Assembly: GCA_039801885.1 (NCBI GenBank)
Contig: JBDRVN010000036.1
Coordinates: 1-19,543 of the forward strand
Direction of reading: 5' to 3'
Source of the DNA: a candidate division WOR-3 bacterium
GTDB lineage: Bacteria; Hydrothermota; Tepidihabitantia; Tepidihabitantales; DTDR01
DNA: 19,543 bases
The translations under genes and the position numbers were made by a program. Of this stretch, positions 1 to 8,790 are shown piece by piece. The stretch's first letter is position 1, and every line of letters starts with the position of its first letter. The notes beneath the pieces are model-generated. The model saw only the letters and a program-made list of their open reading frames with translations, ran no database searches and was not told the origin of the DNA.

Positions 1-44
1 TAATCTGTAAAAGAGATCCAACCCATAAACAAAGGCAAGGCTAA
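1..44 (+). CDS. rpmJ: 50S ribosomal protein L36 (3' partial)
   Basis: Frame from nt 3 reads ICKRDPTHKQRQG* (TAA 42-44), matching the conserved L36 C-terminus (VIC...P.HKQRQG) with its Zn-ligand Cys and His. Confidence 0.93.
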   Translation, partial: ICKRDPTHKQRQG

Positions 45-49
45 TTTTA

Positions 50-1111
50 ATGCCAAAGGTTAAATTCTATGATGGAAGTTATAAAGATAGTGATAATCTA
101 ATTTCCCAAATATTTTCCGATTTTCCTTTTGATTTTAAAAATAAGAAGGTATTTATAAAACCAAATCTTCTCTCCGCCCATCCGCCAGAAAAAGGAGTTA
201 CTACCCATCCAACGATTATTAAATCAATCTGTCAATATTTATTAGATAAAGGAGCGATTATTAAAGTTGGCGATAATCCCAGTTTGTTAAGTAGCGATGC
301 CTTTGAAAGAATTGGTAATATTACTCAAATAAAAGAAGTTTCTTTTGGTTTTTATACGGATATTAGTAAGAATTACAAGAAGATAAAAACAAGGATTGGT
401 GAATTATCTATTTCTGCGGATATTTTGGATTGTGATATTTTAATTTCTGTTCCCAAATTAAAAACCCACATCCTAACAATTTTTACTCTGGCGATTAAGA
501 ATATGTTTGGAATTATTGTTGGTAATCAGAAATCCCAAATCCATTATCAATATCCTTCACCAGTTGAGTTTTCGGAAGCCTTAATAGATATATATGAAAT
601 AAGAAAACCCGATTTAACAATCGTTGACGGAATTTTGGCAATGGAAGGAAATGGACCAAGTCAGGGTAATTTAAGAGAGTTAAATATTTTAGTAGCAGGT
701 GATAATGGTTATCTATTAGAATGGGCGATTATCGGTTATCTATTAAATAAAAATCCTTTATCCATTCCTTATATTAATATCGCCAAAAGAAAGAATTTAT
801 TTAATGAAAATGATTTGGTTATTGAAGGTAATTATAATAAGGTAAAAGACTTTAAAATACCAAGCCAAAGGATTTATTATATCTTAAATAATATTTTAGG
901 TAAAAGTTTAATTAAAATTATCTATCACCCATTTAGGTATCAACGAATTAAAATTGATAAAAATCTATGTAAATTATGCTTGGAGTGTGTAAAAATTTGC
1001 CCAAATAAGGCTTTAAAATTAGAAGATAAAAGAATAGAATATAACAAATCTTTATGTATTTCTTGTTTTTGTTGTTATGAAGTCTGCCCTTATTCAGCAA
1101 TTAAGGTTTAA
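50..1111 (+). CDS. DUF362 domain protein with C-terminal 2x[4Fe-4S] ferredoxin domain
   Basis: Motifs VFIKPNLL, VPKLKTH, AIKNMFG, DGILAMEGNGP; two CxxCxxCxxxCP motifs (CKLCLECVKICP, CISCFCCYEVCP). Confidence 0.9.
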   Translation: MPKVKFYDGSYKDSDNLISQIFSDFPFDFKNKKVFIKPNLLSAHPPEKGVTTHPTIIKSICQYLLDKGAIIKVGDNPSLLSSDAFERIGNITQIKEVSFGFYTDISKNYKKIKTRIGELSISADILDCDILISVPKLKTHILTIFTLAIKNMFGIIVGNQKSQIHYQYPSPVEFSEALIDIYEIRKPDLTIVDGILAMEGNGPSQGNLRELNILVAGDNGYLLEWAIIGYLLNKNPLSIPYINIAKRKNLFNENDLVIEGNYNKVKDFKIPSQRIYYILNNILGKSLIKIIYHPFRYQRIKIDKNLCKLCLECVKICPNKALKLEDKRIEYNKSLCISCFCCYEVCPYSAIKV

Positions 1112-1170
1112 TTTGGTATAAAAAATGTTTAATTATAAAAATGGGATGCCATAAATTTTATTAGAGAATT

Positions 1171-2826
1171 ATGAACTATTTAATTATCTTATTGATTTTT
1201 CAGCAGTTAAGTTATTTTGAATTTGTGGAATATCCGGAAGAACAGATTGCTGGTGATACTTTTTTAGTAAAGATTGTCGCATTTGAAAGTAATGGAGATA
1301 CCTGTTGGTATTTTAATGATATTGCCAATTTAGCAACTACAAAAGATGGTCGTTATCGCTCTGTTTTTATATATCCAAATCAAGTATATTTTCAAAGGGG
1401 AGTTGCGACACAAAAGGTAGTTGTCACACTTGCCGAAACTTTAAGTTTGATTGCCTATGTGCCAAGCAGACCGGAAATAATGGGAAGAACACAGACGATT
1501 GAATTTTATCCAAATTATCCAAAAAAATTAATAATTTTATCACCGGCTGAAACATTGGCTGCCGGTTCTTCTTTTGGTAAAATTTCTTCTTTTCCATTTT
1601 CCATAAAGGCAGGAGAGAATTTTTCTTTTAGGGTATATATTACTGATAATTGGTTTAATCCAACAAATACAACCGGAGAAACTGTTTATTTTAAAAGCAC
1701 TGATAGTTTTGCCTCTTTACCAACAGAAACTCCCTTTTTAGCAAACGAAAGTTTAGTATTTAATTGTAATCTAAAAACTGCTGAGAAAGAAAAGATTTAT
1801 GTTTTATCAAAAACAGGTAGTTTAACAACTGATTCCACCGAGATTATTGTTTTGCCAAATGTTTATAATAAAATTTTATTAATTTTACCTGGTGAAGAGA
1901 TTAAAAAAGGCGATACTACTACCTTAACTTTTTTGAAACCAGGAAAAAGAAAGTTACCAAATCCTCAATATGTAAAAGAACCATTTTTAGTTAAAGTCTA
2001 TATCTGTGATACTTTTTATAACCCAACAAATTGTGAAGGTGAAACAATAAAACTATTTTCTGATTATCCTTTTTTTTATTCACCCAATTTTATTGCCATT
2101 AATGACAGCGGTAGTTTCTTATGTTCTTTTGATTCTACTGGTGAAAACCAGACAATTTGGGCAGAAGGAAAATATAAAGAAACCTATCGTTCAAAATTGA
2201 ATATCTTATCTAAAACTAAATTTTTTGAAATCTTTAAACCCGACACTTTACTTGCCGGAAAAAAAGGTGAAATAGAAGTTATCTGCCTTGATACCAATCA
2301 AAAACCAATTCCTTTCCATAAAGTAGTTTATAAAGTAATAAAAGGGAATGGACAGGTTTCTGATACTTTGGATTATACCGATGAGTTTGGTGTATCAAGA
2401 GTAAAATTTCTCTGCCAATATCCTAATTTTGCTGAAACTGATACCATTTTAATAAAATCTGATGAGAAAGAAGAAAGAATTGGAATTTATATTGAAGCAA
2501 AAGATACCGCGATTTTAAAAGGAAGAATTATTGGTTTTCCAAATCCAACAGGTATTGAAACTGATTCTATAATTTTAATGTATTACCTACCAAAGGCTTG
2601 TGATGTTAATCTCTTTATTTACGACCCCTTTGGTAATATTATTTTAGAGAAAAAAATAAGAAAAGATGAGATCGGTGCTCAATCTGGTGTAAATTATTTT
2701 ATCTGGAATTGTAAAGATAAGAATAACAAAAAGGTTCCTAATGGATTATATAATATAAGAATAACTGGTATTACCCATACCAAAAAAATTTTTGATAATA
2801 CTTATCGGATTTTGGTAGTATGGTAA
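1171..2826 (+). CDS. Exported multi-Ig-domain protein with C-terminal T9SS type A / FlgD-Ig-like domain
   Basis: Short hydrophobic N-terminus; two internal repeats; Big_1-like segment (VICLDTNQKPIP..V.YKV..GNG....YTDEFG); C-terminus FPNP...YYLP...VNLFIYDPFG...FIWNCKD....VPNGLY.IRI. Confidence 0.7.
   Translation: MNYLIILLIFQQLSYFEFVEYPEEQIAGDTFLVKIVAFESNGDTCWYFNDIANLATTKDGRYRSVFIYPNQVYFQRGVATQKVVVTLAETLSLIAYVPSRPEIMGRTQTIEFYPNYPKKLIILSPAETLAAGSSFGKISSFPFSIKAGENFSFRVYITDNWFNPTNTTGETVYFKSTDSFASLPTETPFLANESLVFNCNLKTAEKEKIYVLSKTGSLTTDSTEIIVLPNVYNKILLILPGEEIKKGDTTTLTFLKPGKRKLPNPQYVKEPFLVKVYICDTFYNPTNCEGETIKLFSDYPFFYSPNFIAINDSGSFLCSFDSTGENQTIWAEGKYKETYRSKLNILSKTKFFEIFKPDTLLAGKKGEIEVICLDTNQKPIPFHKVVYKVIKGNGQVSDTLDYTDEFGVSRVKFLCQYPNFAETDTILIKSDEKEERIGIYIEAKDTAILKGRIIGFPNPTGIETDSIILMYYLPKACDVNLFIYDPFGNIILEKKIRKDEIGAQSGVNYFIWNCKDKNNKKVPNGLYNIRITGITHTKKIFDNTYRILVVW
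1510..2064 (+). repeat. Two degenerate ~65-aa intragenic repeats (about 1510-1704 and 1855-2064)
   Basis: PNYPKKLIILSPAET..G...GK...F.FRVYITDNWFNPTNTTGETV versus PNVYNKILLILPGEE..G...GK...FLVKVYICDTFYNPTNCEGETI. Confidence 0.75.
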
Positions 2827-4055
2827 TTATTTTTCTATTTCTTTTCAATTATTTTCCTGGTGTAATTTATGATTATGGCTTATCTCCCCGCTCATTGGCA
2901 TTAGGAAAGGCATTCGTTGGACTTGCTGACGATGGTGAAGCAGGTTATTTTAATCCGGCAGGACTTTCTTTTTTGAATGAAATGGAAGCAAAACTTGCCC
3001 ATTCTCAACTTTACGGTGCCAATTTAGAATATCTAAATTATACCTTACCAACAGCCAAATATGGTACTTATGCCATCACCTTTTTCTCACTTAATTCTTT
3101 TGGAATTGAATCAAGAAACATAAATAATGAGATATCAAAAAAGACATTCTTTACAGAAAATTCTTATATATTATCTTTAAGTTATCCCCTATTCTCTTTT
3201 TTGGGAATTGGTGGAAATTTGAAGATAAATACTAAAAATATTTTTATCTACAGTGATGTGGGAATTGGCTTTGATTTATCTTTCTATTTCTCTTATTTTT
3301 ATCCTTATACATTAGGAATTTCTCTTACTAACCTTGTGCCACCAAATTTTAATCTCTATTCAGAGGAAGAAATCTATAAAAGAATATTTAAAATTGGTCA
3401 GGCTTTTAGAACCTATAAAGAGAGGGTAAAAATTCTTTTAGATATAAATCTTTTAGAAGATATTTTAAAAGATTTTGATTATGATTATATTGAACCAAAA
3501 TTTGGTATTGAATTTGAAATTATGGAAAAAAGATTTATCCAAAGGATTGGTTTAGATAAAAATGAATTAAGTCTTGGTATTGGTTTAAAAAATGTTGGCA
3601 AAAGATTATCTTTTGATGTTGATTATGCTATCTTGCTTCATTATCGTTCTCACTATTTACTTTCACCTACTCATAAAATTGGATTCTCTTTTAAATTTGG
3701 CGGTTTTCGGGTTTGGGCAAGTGCCTTCCCTAAATATTTCTCACCAAAATTGGAAAGTAAAGAGAATCTTTTAACAATCAATATTAAATATTCTGCTAAA
3801 AAAAGAATAAAGAGATGGCAGTTTTTAATTAGAAGTGAATTGGGAGAAATTGTCAAAACTTATCAGGGATTTGATGAGATGCCAACGAAATTTTTCTGGG
3901 ATGGATTGGATGACATTGGTCGGCCAGTTGCCGATGGAAAATATTATTATGAAATTACTCTGATTGATATTGATGAAAAAGTATCTTTACATAATACCGG
4001 ATTTTTAACAATTATAAAAACTACCGGTCCAAAAGGCGAGGTAAAAATAAAATGA
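2820..4055 (+). CDS. PorV/PorQ-like (UPF0164, FadL-type) outer-membrane beta-barrel fused to C-terminal FlgD-Ig-like domain
   Basis: Family signature SPRSLALGKAFVGLADDGEAGYFNPAGL; alternating beta-strand segments ending HKIGFSFKF; then W.FLIR..GEIVKTY.G...P.KFFWDGLD..G..VADGKYYY. Confidence 0.8.
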   Translation: MVIIFLFLFNYFPGVIYDYGLSPRSLALGKAFVGLADDGEAGYFNPAGLSFLNEMEAKLAHSQLYGANLEYLNYTLPTAKYGTYAITFFSLNSFGIESRNINNEISKKTFFTENSYILSLSYPLFSFLGIGGNLKINTKNIFIYSDVGIGFDLSFYFSYFYPYTLGISLTNLVPPNFNLYSEEEIYKRIFKIGQAFRTYKERVKILLDINLLEDILKDFDYDYIEPKFGIEFEIMEKRFIQRIGLDKNELSLGIGLKNVGKRLSFDVDYAILLHYRSHYLLSPTHKIGFSFKFGGFRVWASAFPKYFSPKLESKENLLTINIKYSAKKRIKRWQFLIRSELGEIVKTYQGFDEMPTKFFWDGLDDIGRPVADGKYYYEITLIDIDEKVSLHNTGFLTIIKTTGPKGEVKIK

Positions 4056-6457
4056 GTCTCTTAATCTTCTTTCAACTCTTTTTCTTAACGGAGGCAGAAG
4101 ATTTTATTAACAAATATAATGAAATTATGAAATATCTAAAAGAAGAAAATTATCAATTAATAATCAAAGAAGGTAAAAAATTCAAAAAGAAGATTCCAGA
4201 AAGTTTAAAAAAAGAAGGTTTTGAATGGGAGATTGACTTTGCCATTGCTCTTTCTTATTTAGGGTTAAAAGATTATAAAAAAGCAGAAAAAATATTTTCT
4301 AAAATTATTAAAAATAGCAAGAATTATTTAAAACCAGAAGCCACTTATGCCCTTTTATTGGGTTCAGTTATGAAAGGCGATTTTAAAAAGGGTGAAGAGG
4401 AATTAAAAAAATTAATGGAATATGAAAATTATCAAAAAGATGAAAGAATTTTATTAGTAAAGGCGATTATTAATTATCTAAAAAATGAAGATAAAGAAGC
4501 CTTTAATATTTTAAAGGATTTATCATTAATAGAAGCAAAAATTTATCAGGCAAAAATATTGGGAAAAGAAGATAAAATAATTTCCGCAATCAATATCTTG
4601 AAATCAATTATTGAAAATAATCCTAATTTATTATTAACAAGTTATTGTCATTTCCTTTGGGGTGAAATTCTATTTTTTGCTAATGATTATCTTGGTGCCC
4701 AAGCAAAATTCAGTTATTTTTTAGAAAATTATCCCGATTCTCCTTTAAAAGATTTTGCCCATTATTTTTTAGGTGTCTCCTCTTTTTATCTTAATAATTA
4801 TTTAAAAACTATTGAAAACCTAAAAGTTTTAACCAAAAATAATCTCTCTTTTCTGGCGGCTAATAGTTGTTATTATTTAGGTATTGCCTACTTCCTTTTG
4901 AAAGATTATGATAATGCGTTATATTATTTACGTAAAGCCCTTTATAACTTTCCCAAAGAAAAAGCTTCTCTTTATGCCCAATTAGAAATACCTTTTTTAT
5001 ATTTAGCAAAAAAGGATACAGTAAATGCTATCCTTACATCTTTACAGATTTCAAAACAGAGTAATATCCGAATCTTTAATGAATTACAAAATTATTTTCT
5101 TGCCCTTTTGTATTATCAATTTAAAGATTATGAAAATGCCTTTAAATCCTTAGAAGATATTTTGCTGAAAAGTAAAGATAAAATATTAAAAGAAGCAAGT
5201 GCTTTAATTTTATTACAATTATCCCTATTAACTAAGAATGAAGAAAGGGGAATTAGTATTTGTGAGAGATTTTTAAAAGAAGAGAGTATTATTAATAATC
5301 AAGAGATTTATTATCTTTTAGCAGAAAATTTATATTCCTTACAAAGATTTGAAGAGGCAGAATATTATTATGAGAGAATTAAAAATTCGAAAGGAAAATT
5401 GGGAAAAGGATATTGTGCTTTCCATTTAGGAAGATATGAACAAGCAAAAGAGATTTTTAATAGTATTTACCAAACTGATTTAAGTGATACCATTTTTACC
5501 CTTAATGCCCTTTTAGGATTAGGATATGTTTCTTTCAACCAAGGAGAATATGAAAAAGCAATTGATTATTTTGATTTTGTTATCCAAAATTTTAATCTCC
5601 CTTCTTATAAAGATTTTATTGCTAAAGCATATTTTTATGCAGGTATTGCTTGCGAAAAATTAAAATATTATGGTCAGGCATTAGAATATTACAAAAAATT
5701 GTTAGAAAATTATCCTGATTACGAAAAAGGCGATGAAACCTCTTTTCGCATCGGTGATTTGTATTTTAAAGCAAAGAAATATGATGAAGCGATTGGCTCT
5801 TTTCAATATCTAATTAGCCGCTATCCCAACTCTTCTTTTCTTCCCTTTGCTCAGGCAGCAATTGGTCAGGCTTATCTTATCCAAAAAAATTATAAAAACG
5901 CCATTATCTCCTTTGAAAAATTTCTTAATCTTTTCCCTAAGGATATTCAAGCAAACGGTGTTAAAAAATCATTAGAACTTGCTTATTATTATGCCTCTTG
6001 GGAAGATACCAATTATCAAAAAGAATTTTTAAAAAAATTTCCTTCTTCCGAACTTTCTTCTCAATTGCTTATTGAGAAGGCAAAAGAACTGGTTAATAAA
6101 AAAGAGTATAATAAAGCATTAGAAATTTTGCAATCAATCGCTGCTGAGATGATTGATACCGAAATTGGTGGTGATGCTCAATTACTAATCGCTGAAATTT
6201 ATAGCAACGAAAAAGATTGGGAGAATACAAAAAATAGTTATGAAAGATTTCTAAAATATTTTCCTAAACATTCCCAAAGAGCCGGCGTCTATTTTAACTT
6301 GGCAATTACTTATTATAACTTAAAAGATTATGAAAAGGCAAAAGAAAATTTTCAGATTGTCTTGGATTCTTTTCCCAATTCGGAATTTAAAGAGATGGCA
6401 GAAAAAAATCGGGAATTAACATTAAAAAAAATTGGTGAGAAAAAGGAGGAAAAATGA
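4052..6457 (+). CDS. Large periplasmic tetratricopeptide-repeat protein (BamD/CpoB-type TPR units)
   Basis: Many TPR helices ending in YP.S-type motifs (FLENYPDSPL, LISRYPNSSF, VLDSFPNSEF); hydrophobic N-terminus; ATGA overlaps at both ends. Confidence 0.88.
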   Translation: MSLLIFFQLFFLTEAEDFINKYNEIMKYLKEENYQLIIKEGKKFKKKIPESLKKEGFEWEIDFAIALSYLGLKDYKKAEKIFSKIIKNSKNYLKPEATYALLLGSVMKGDFKKGEEELKKLMEYENYQKDERILLVKAIINYLKNEDKEAFNILKDLSLIEAKIYQAKILGKEDKIISAINILKSIIENNPNLLLTSYCHFLWGEILFFANDYLGAQAKFSYFLENYPDSPLKDFAHYFLGVSSFYLNNYLKTIENLKVLTKNNLSFLAANSCYYLGIAYFLLKDYDNALYYLRKALYNFPKEKASLYAQLEIPFLYLAKKDTVNAILTSLQISKQSNIRIFNELQNYFLALLYYQFKDYENAFKSLEDILLKSKDKILKEASALILLQLSLLTKNEERGISICERFLKEESIINNQEIYYLLAENLYSLQRFEEAEYYYERIKNSKGKLGKGYCAFHLGRYEQAKEIFNSIYQTDLSDTIFTLNALLGLGYVSFNQGEYEKAIDYFDFVIQNFNLPSYKDFIAKAYFYAGIACEKLKYYGQALEYYKKLLENYPDYEKGDETSFRIGDLYFKAKKYDEAIGSFQYLISRYPNSSFLPFAQAAIGQAYLIQKNYKNAIISFEKFLNLFPKDIQANGVKKSLELAYYYASWEDTNYQKEFLKKFPSSELSSQLLIEKAKELVNKKEYNKALEILQSIAAEMIDTEIGGDAQLLIAEIYSNEKDWENTKNSYERFLKYFPKHSQRAGVYFNLAITYYNLKDYEKAKENFQIVLDSFPNSEFKEMAEKNRELTLKKIGEKKEEK

Positions 6458-7128
6458 TTTTAGGTCAAAGTTTGTACCAAATATTTAAAAGTAGTTTTGT
6501 AATGATTTTATTGCTCTTTCTCTCAATCATTGCCCTTGCCTTAATTATTGAGAGACTAATCTATTTCTATCGCAACCATTTTAAAAGCAAAGAGACCTTT
6601 GAGAAATTTGCTAATTATTTAAGAAAAGGTAATATAAAAGAAGCAGAAGAATATGCTTTAAGTCTGAAAAATCCGGTAGGTAGGATTTTCCTTATTGGTT
6701 TAGAAAATCTTCATCTCAAAAATGAAGAATTAAAAGAACTTTTTATTGGTCAGATAATAGAAGAAAAGGTTAAATATGAAAATTATCTTGGTGGGATCGG
6801 TACGATTGCCAATGGTGCTACTTTATTGGGTCTTTTAGGAACAGTAATTGGTCTTATCAAGGCTTTTCATAATATCGCTGTCACTGGTTCCGGTGGACCG
6901 GTCGTTGTATCAAAAGGAATTGCTGAAGCATTATTGACCACCGCCTTTGGTTTATTAATCGGAATTCCCGCTCTTTTCTTTTATAATTATTTCTCTAAGA
7001 AAGCAAATGATTTAAGTGAAGAATTAGAAAGTCTTTCCCAAAAGTTTTTGGTTTTATTAGAAACTATCCGCAGTAAAAAAGAGGAGACAAAAGAAGAAAA
7101 AAAGGCGGAAATATTTTGGAAATTTTAG
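6454..7128 (+). CDS. exbB: MotA/TolQ/ExbB proton channel family protein
   Basis: Three transmembrane segments; LLGLLGTVIGLIKAF and GIAEALLTTAFGLLIGIPA signatures. Confidence 0.92.
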   Translation: MILGQSLYQIFKSSFVMILLLFLSIIALALIIERLIYFYRNHFKSKETFEKFANYLRKGNIKEAEEYALSLKNPVGRIFLIGLENLHLKNEELKELFIGQIIEEKVKYENYLGGIGTIANGATLLGLLGTVIGLIKAFHNIAVTGSGGPVVVSKGIAEALLTTAFGLLIGIPALFFYNYFSKKANDLSEELESLSQKFLVLLETIRSKKEETKEEKKAEIFWKF

Positions 7129-7542
7129 ATGTTAAGAAAAAGATTGTTAAAAAGAAAGAGTAATTTAACAGAATTAAATATAACTTCCTTAGTTGATATC
7201 GCTTTAACATTAGTTATTGGCTTTATTGTTGCTCTTCCCTATTTCTTTGAATCGGGTATTTTTGTCTCCCAAGCAAAATTAACCAAAAGTGAAGGAAGTT
7301 CATTAGAAAAGGAGTTAAAAATAAATATCTATTTAACAAAAAATGAGGAAATAATTTTAAATGAAAAGAAAGTAGATTTAACTGTTCTAAAAAATCTTTT
7401 GCCGCAATTGTTATTAAGAAGTTTAGAAAAAAGGGTGTTGATTGGCGCTGATACCGAAGTAAAATATGAAAAAATAATAAAAATTCTTGATATTTGTAAA
7501 GAAAGTGGTGCAAAAGAATTGACTTTAATAAGAAAAAAATGA
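7129..7542 (+). CDS. exbD: ExbD/TolR family protein (conserved TM Asp present)
   Basis: ELNITSLVDIALTLV transmembrane motif (Asp codon 7195-7197); VLIGADTEVKYE.II.ILD..KESG. Confidence 0.9.
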   Translation: MLRKRLLKRKSNLTELNITSLVDIALTLVIGFIVALPYFFESGIFVSQAKLTKSEGSSLEKELKINIYLTKNEEIILNEKKVDLTVLKNLLPQLLLRSLEKRVLIGADTEVKYEKIIKILDICKESGAKELTLIRKK

Positions 7543-7931
7543 GAATATCAAATATTAATGTGTTACCGGTGGCTTGTGTTGGTTTGTTAATGGTGATAAT
7601 GATGATTATGGTTGCACCGATGGTTATCAGTTATTCCAAAACACCGGTTGATGTGCCAAAAGCAAATACAGCAGAAAGAAAAGTAGAAAATGAGATTGTT
7701 ATCTCTTTCACTAAGGATAAAAAATTGTATTTAAATGATACTCCACTATCTTTACATATTTTAAAAGAAGAAATTGAAGATGAATTAGAGGAAGACCCTT
7801 ATCGTTTAGTTGTTATAAGAGCAGATAAAGAAGTAAGTTATGGCGAAGTAATTTCAATTATTGCTATTGCCAAAGAAGCCGGAGCAAAAAGAATTGCTTG
7901 TAGCACAAAAAAGAAGGAGAGAAATGAATAA
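7539..7931 (+). CDS. exbD: Second ExbD/TolR family protein (TM Asp replaced by Cys)
   Basis: NINVLPVACVGLLMVIMM..APM; VDVPKA; VVIRADKEVSYGEVI.II..AKEAGAKRI. Confidence 0.88.
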   Translation: MRISNINVLPVACVGLLMVIMMIMVAPMVISYSKTPVDVPKANTAERKVENEIVISFTKDKKLYLNDTPLSLHILKEEIEDELEEDPYRLVVIRADKEVSYGEVISIIAIAKEAGAKRIACSTKKKERNE

Positions 7932-8790
7932 AGTTAAAACAATTGATATAGCTATTCTTTTCTCAGTAGTTATCCATTTTTTCTTATTCTTTCTTTTTGG
8001 TCAATTGAAAGAAAAAGAAATTACTTACGAAGATTTAAGGGAAATAACTTTTGTTGATCAATCTTATCGACCAGAGGTAGCAAAAATAATAAAACCAACA
8101 AAAAGTGCTCAAAGTAATTTTGAAAAAAATAAAGAGGTTAAAAAAATTGAAGAAGAGGAAACAGAAATTTCGCCAGTTGATTTAACAAAAAGAATGGAAA
8201 TAACTCAGGGAAAGATAAATTTAAATTATTTTTCTCTTGGAAAAGAAGAAGGGATAGACGTAATCAAAATTAGTCCCAATAAAGGAACAACAAAAACAAT
8301 TGAAGAGATTTTGAAAGAAGAACCGATAAAATTGGTTAGTCGAGAAAAAAGTAGAGGAGTTGCTTTTGGTGTTTATCAAGAGGAAAAAGAACCGATAAAT
8401 TTAGAAACAAAGAATCTGAAGAAAGATAAAAAAATAGAATGGCAAGAAAAAAGTAGCGAAGAGTTAAAAACACCAACCCAAGCAAAGAAACAGACAGAGA
8501 TTGCGATTGCTGGTCCAATATCAGAAAGAAAGATTTTAAAGAAGTTTTTACCCAAATATCCAAGTTGGGCGATAGAAAAGGGAATTAGTGGTTATGTAAT
8601 TTTGAAAATCTGGGTAACGCCCGATGGAAAAGTAGAAGATAATATTGAAATTGTTGAAACCAGTGGCTATCCTCAATTGGATAAAATTGTTATGGAAGCA
8701 ATAAGAGAGTGGCTTTTTGCTCCGTTAGACGAAAATACCAAAAAAGAGATTCAATGGGGAATTATTAAATTCAGATTTGAATTATCATGA
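7924..8790 (+). CDS. tonB: TonB family energy transducer
   Basis: ATG at 7924 after AAGGAG; N-terminal TM with S-x3-H (SVVIH); K/E-rich spacer; TonB_C domain (PKYP..AIEKGISG.V.L...V.PDG.V....TSGYPQLD...EAIREW.F.P). Confidence 0.88.
   Translation: MNKVKTIDIAILFSVVIHFFLFFLFGQLKEKEITYEDLREITFVDQSYRPEVAKIIKPTKSAQSNFEKNKEVKKIEEEETEISPVDLTKRMEITQGKINLNYFSLGKEEGIDVIKISPNKGTTKTIEEILKEEPIKLVSREKSRGVAFGVYQEEKEPINLETKNLKKDKKIEWQEKSSEELKTPTQAKKQTEIAIAGPISERKILKKFLPKYPSWAIEKGISGYVILKIWVTPDGKVEDNIEIVETSGYPQLDKIVMEAIREWLFAPLDENTKKEIQWGIIKFRFELS

Noticed and set aside
1141-1170. In-frame upstream ATG with TAG before gene 1171 (possible readthrough)
   Set aside because: The seven codons add no signal-like sequence, and TAG is used as a normal stop at 7126-7128
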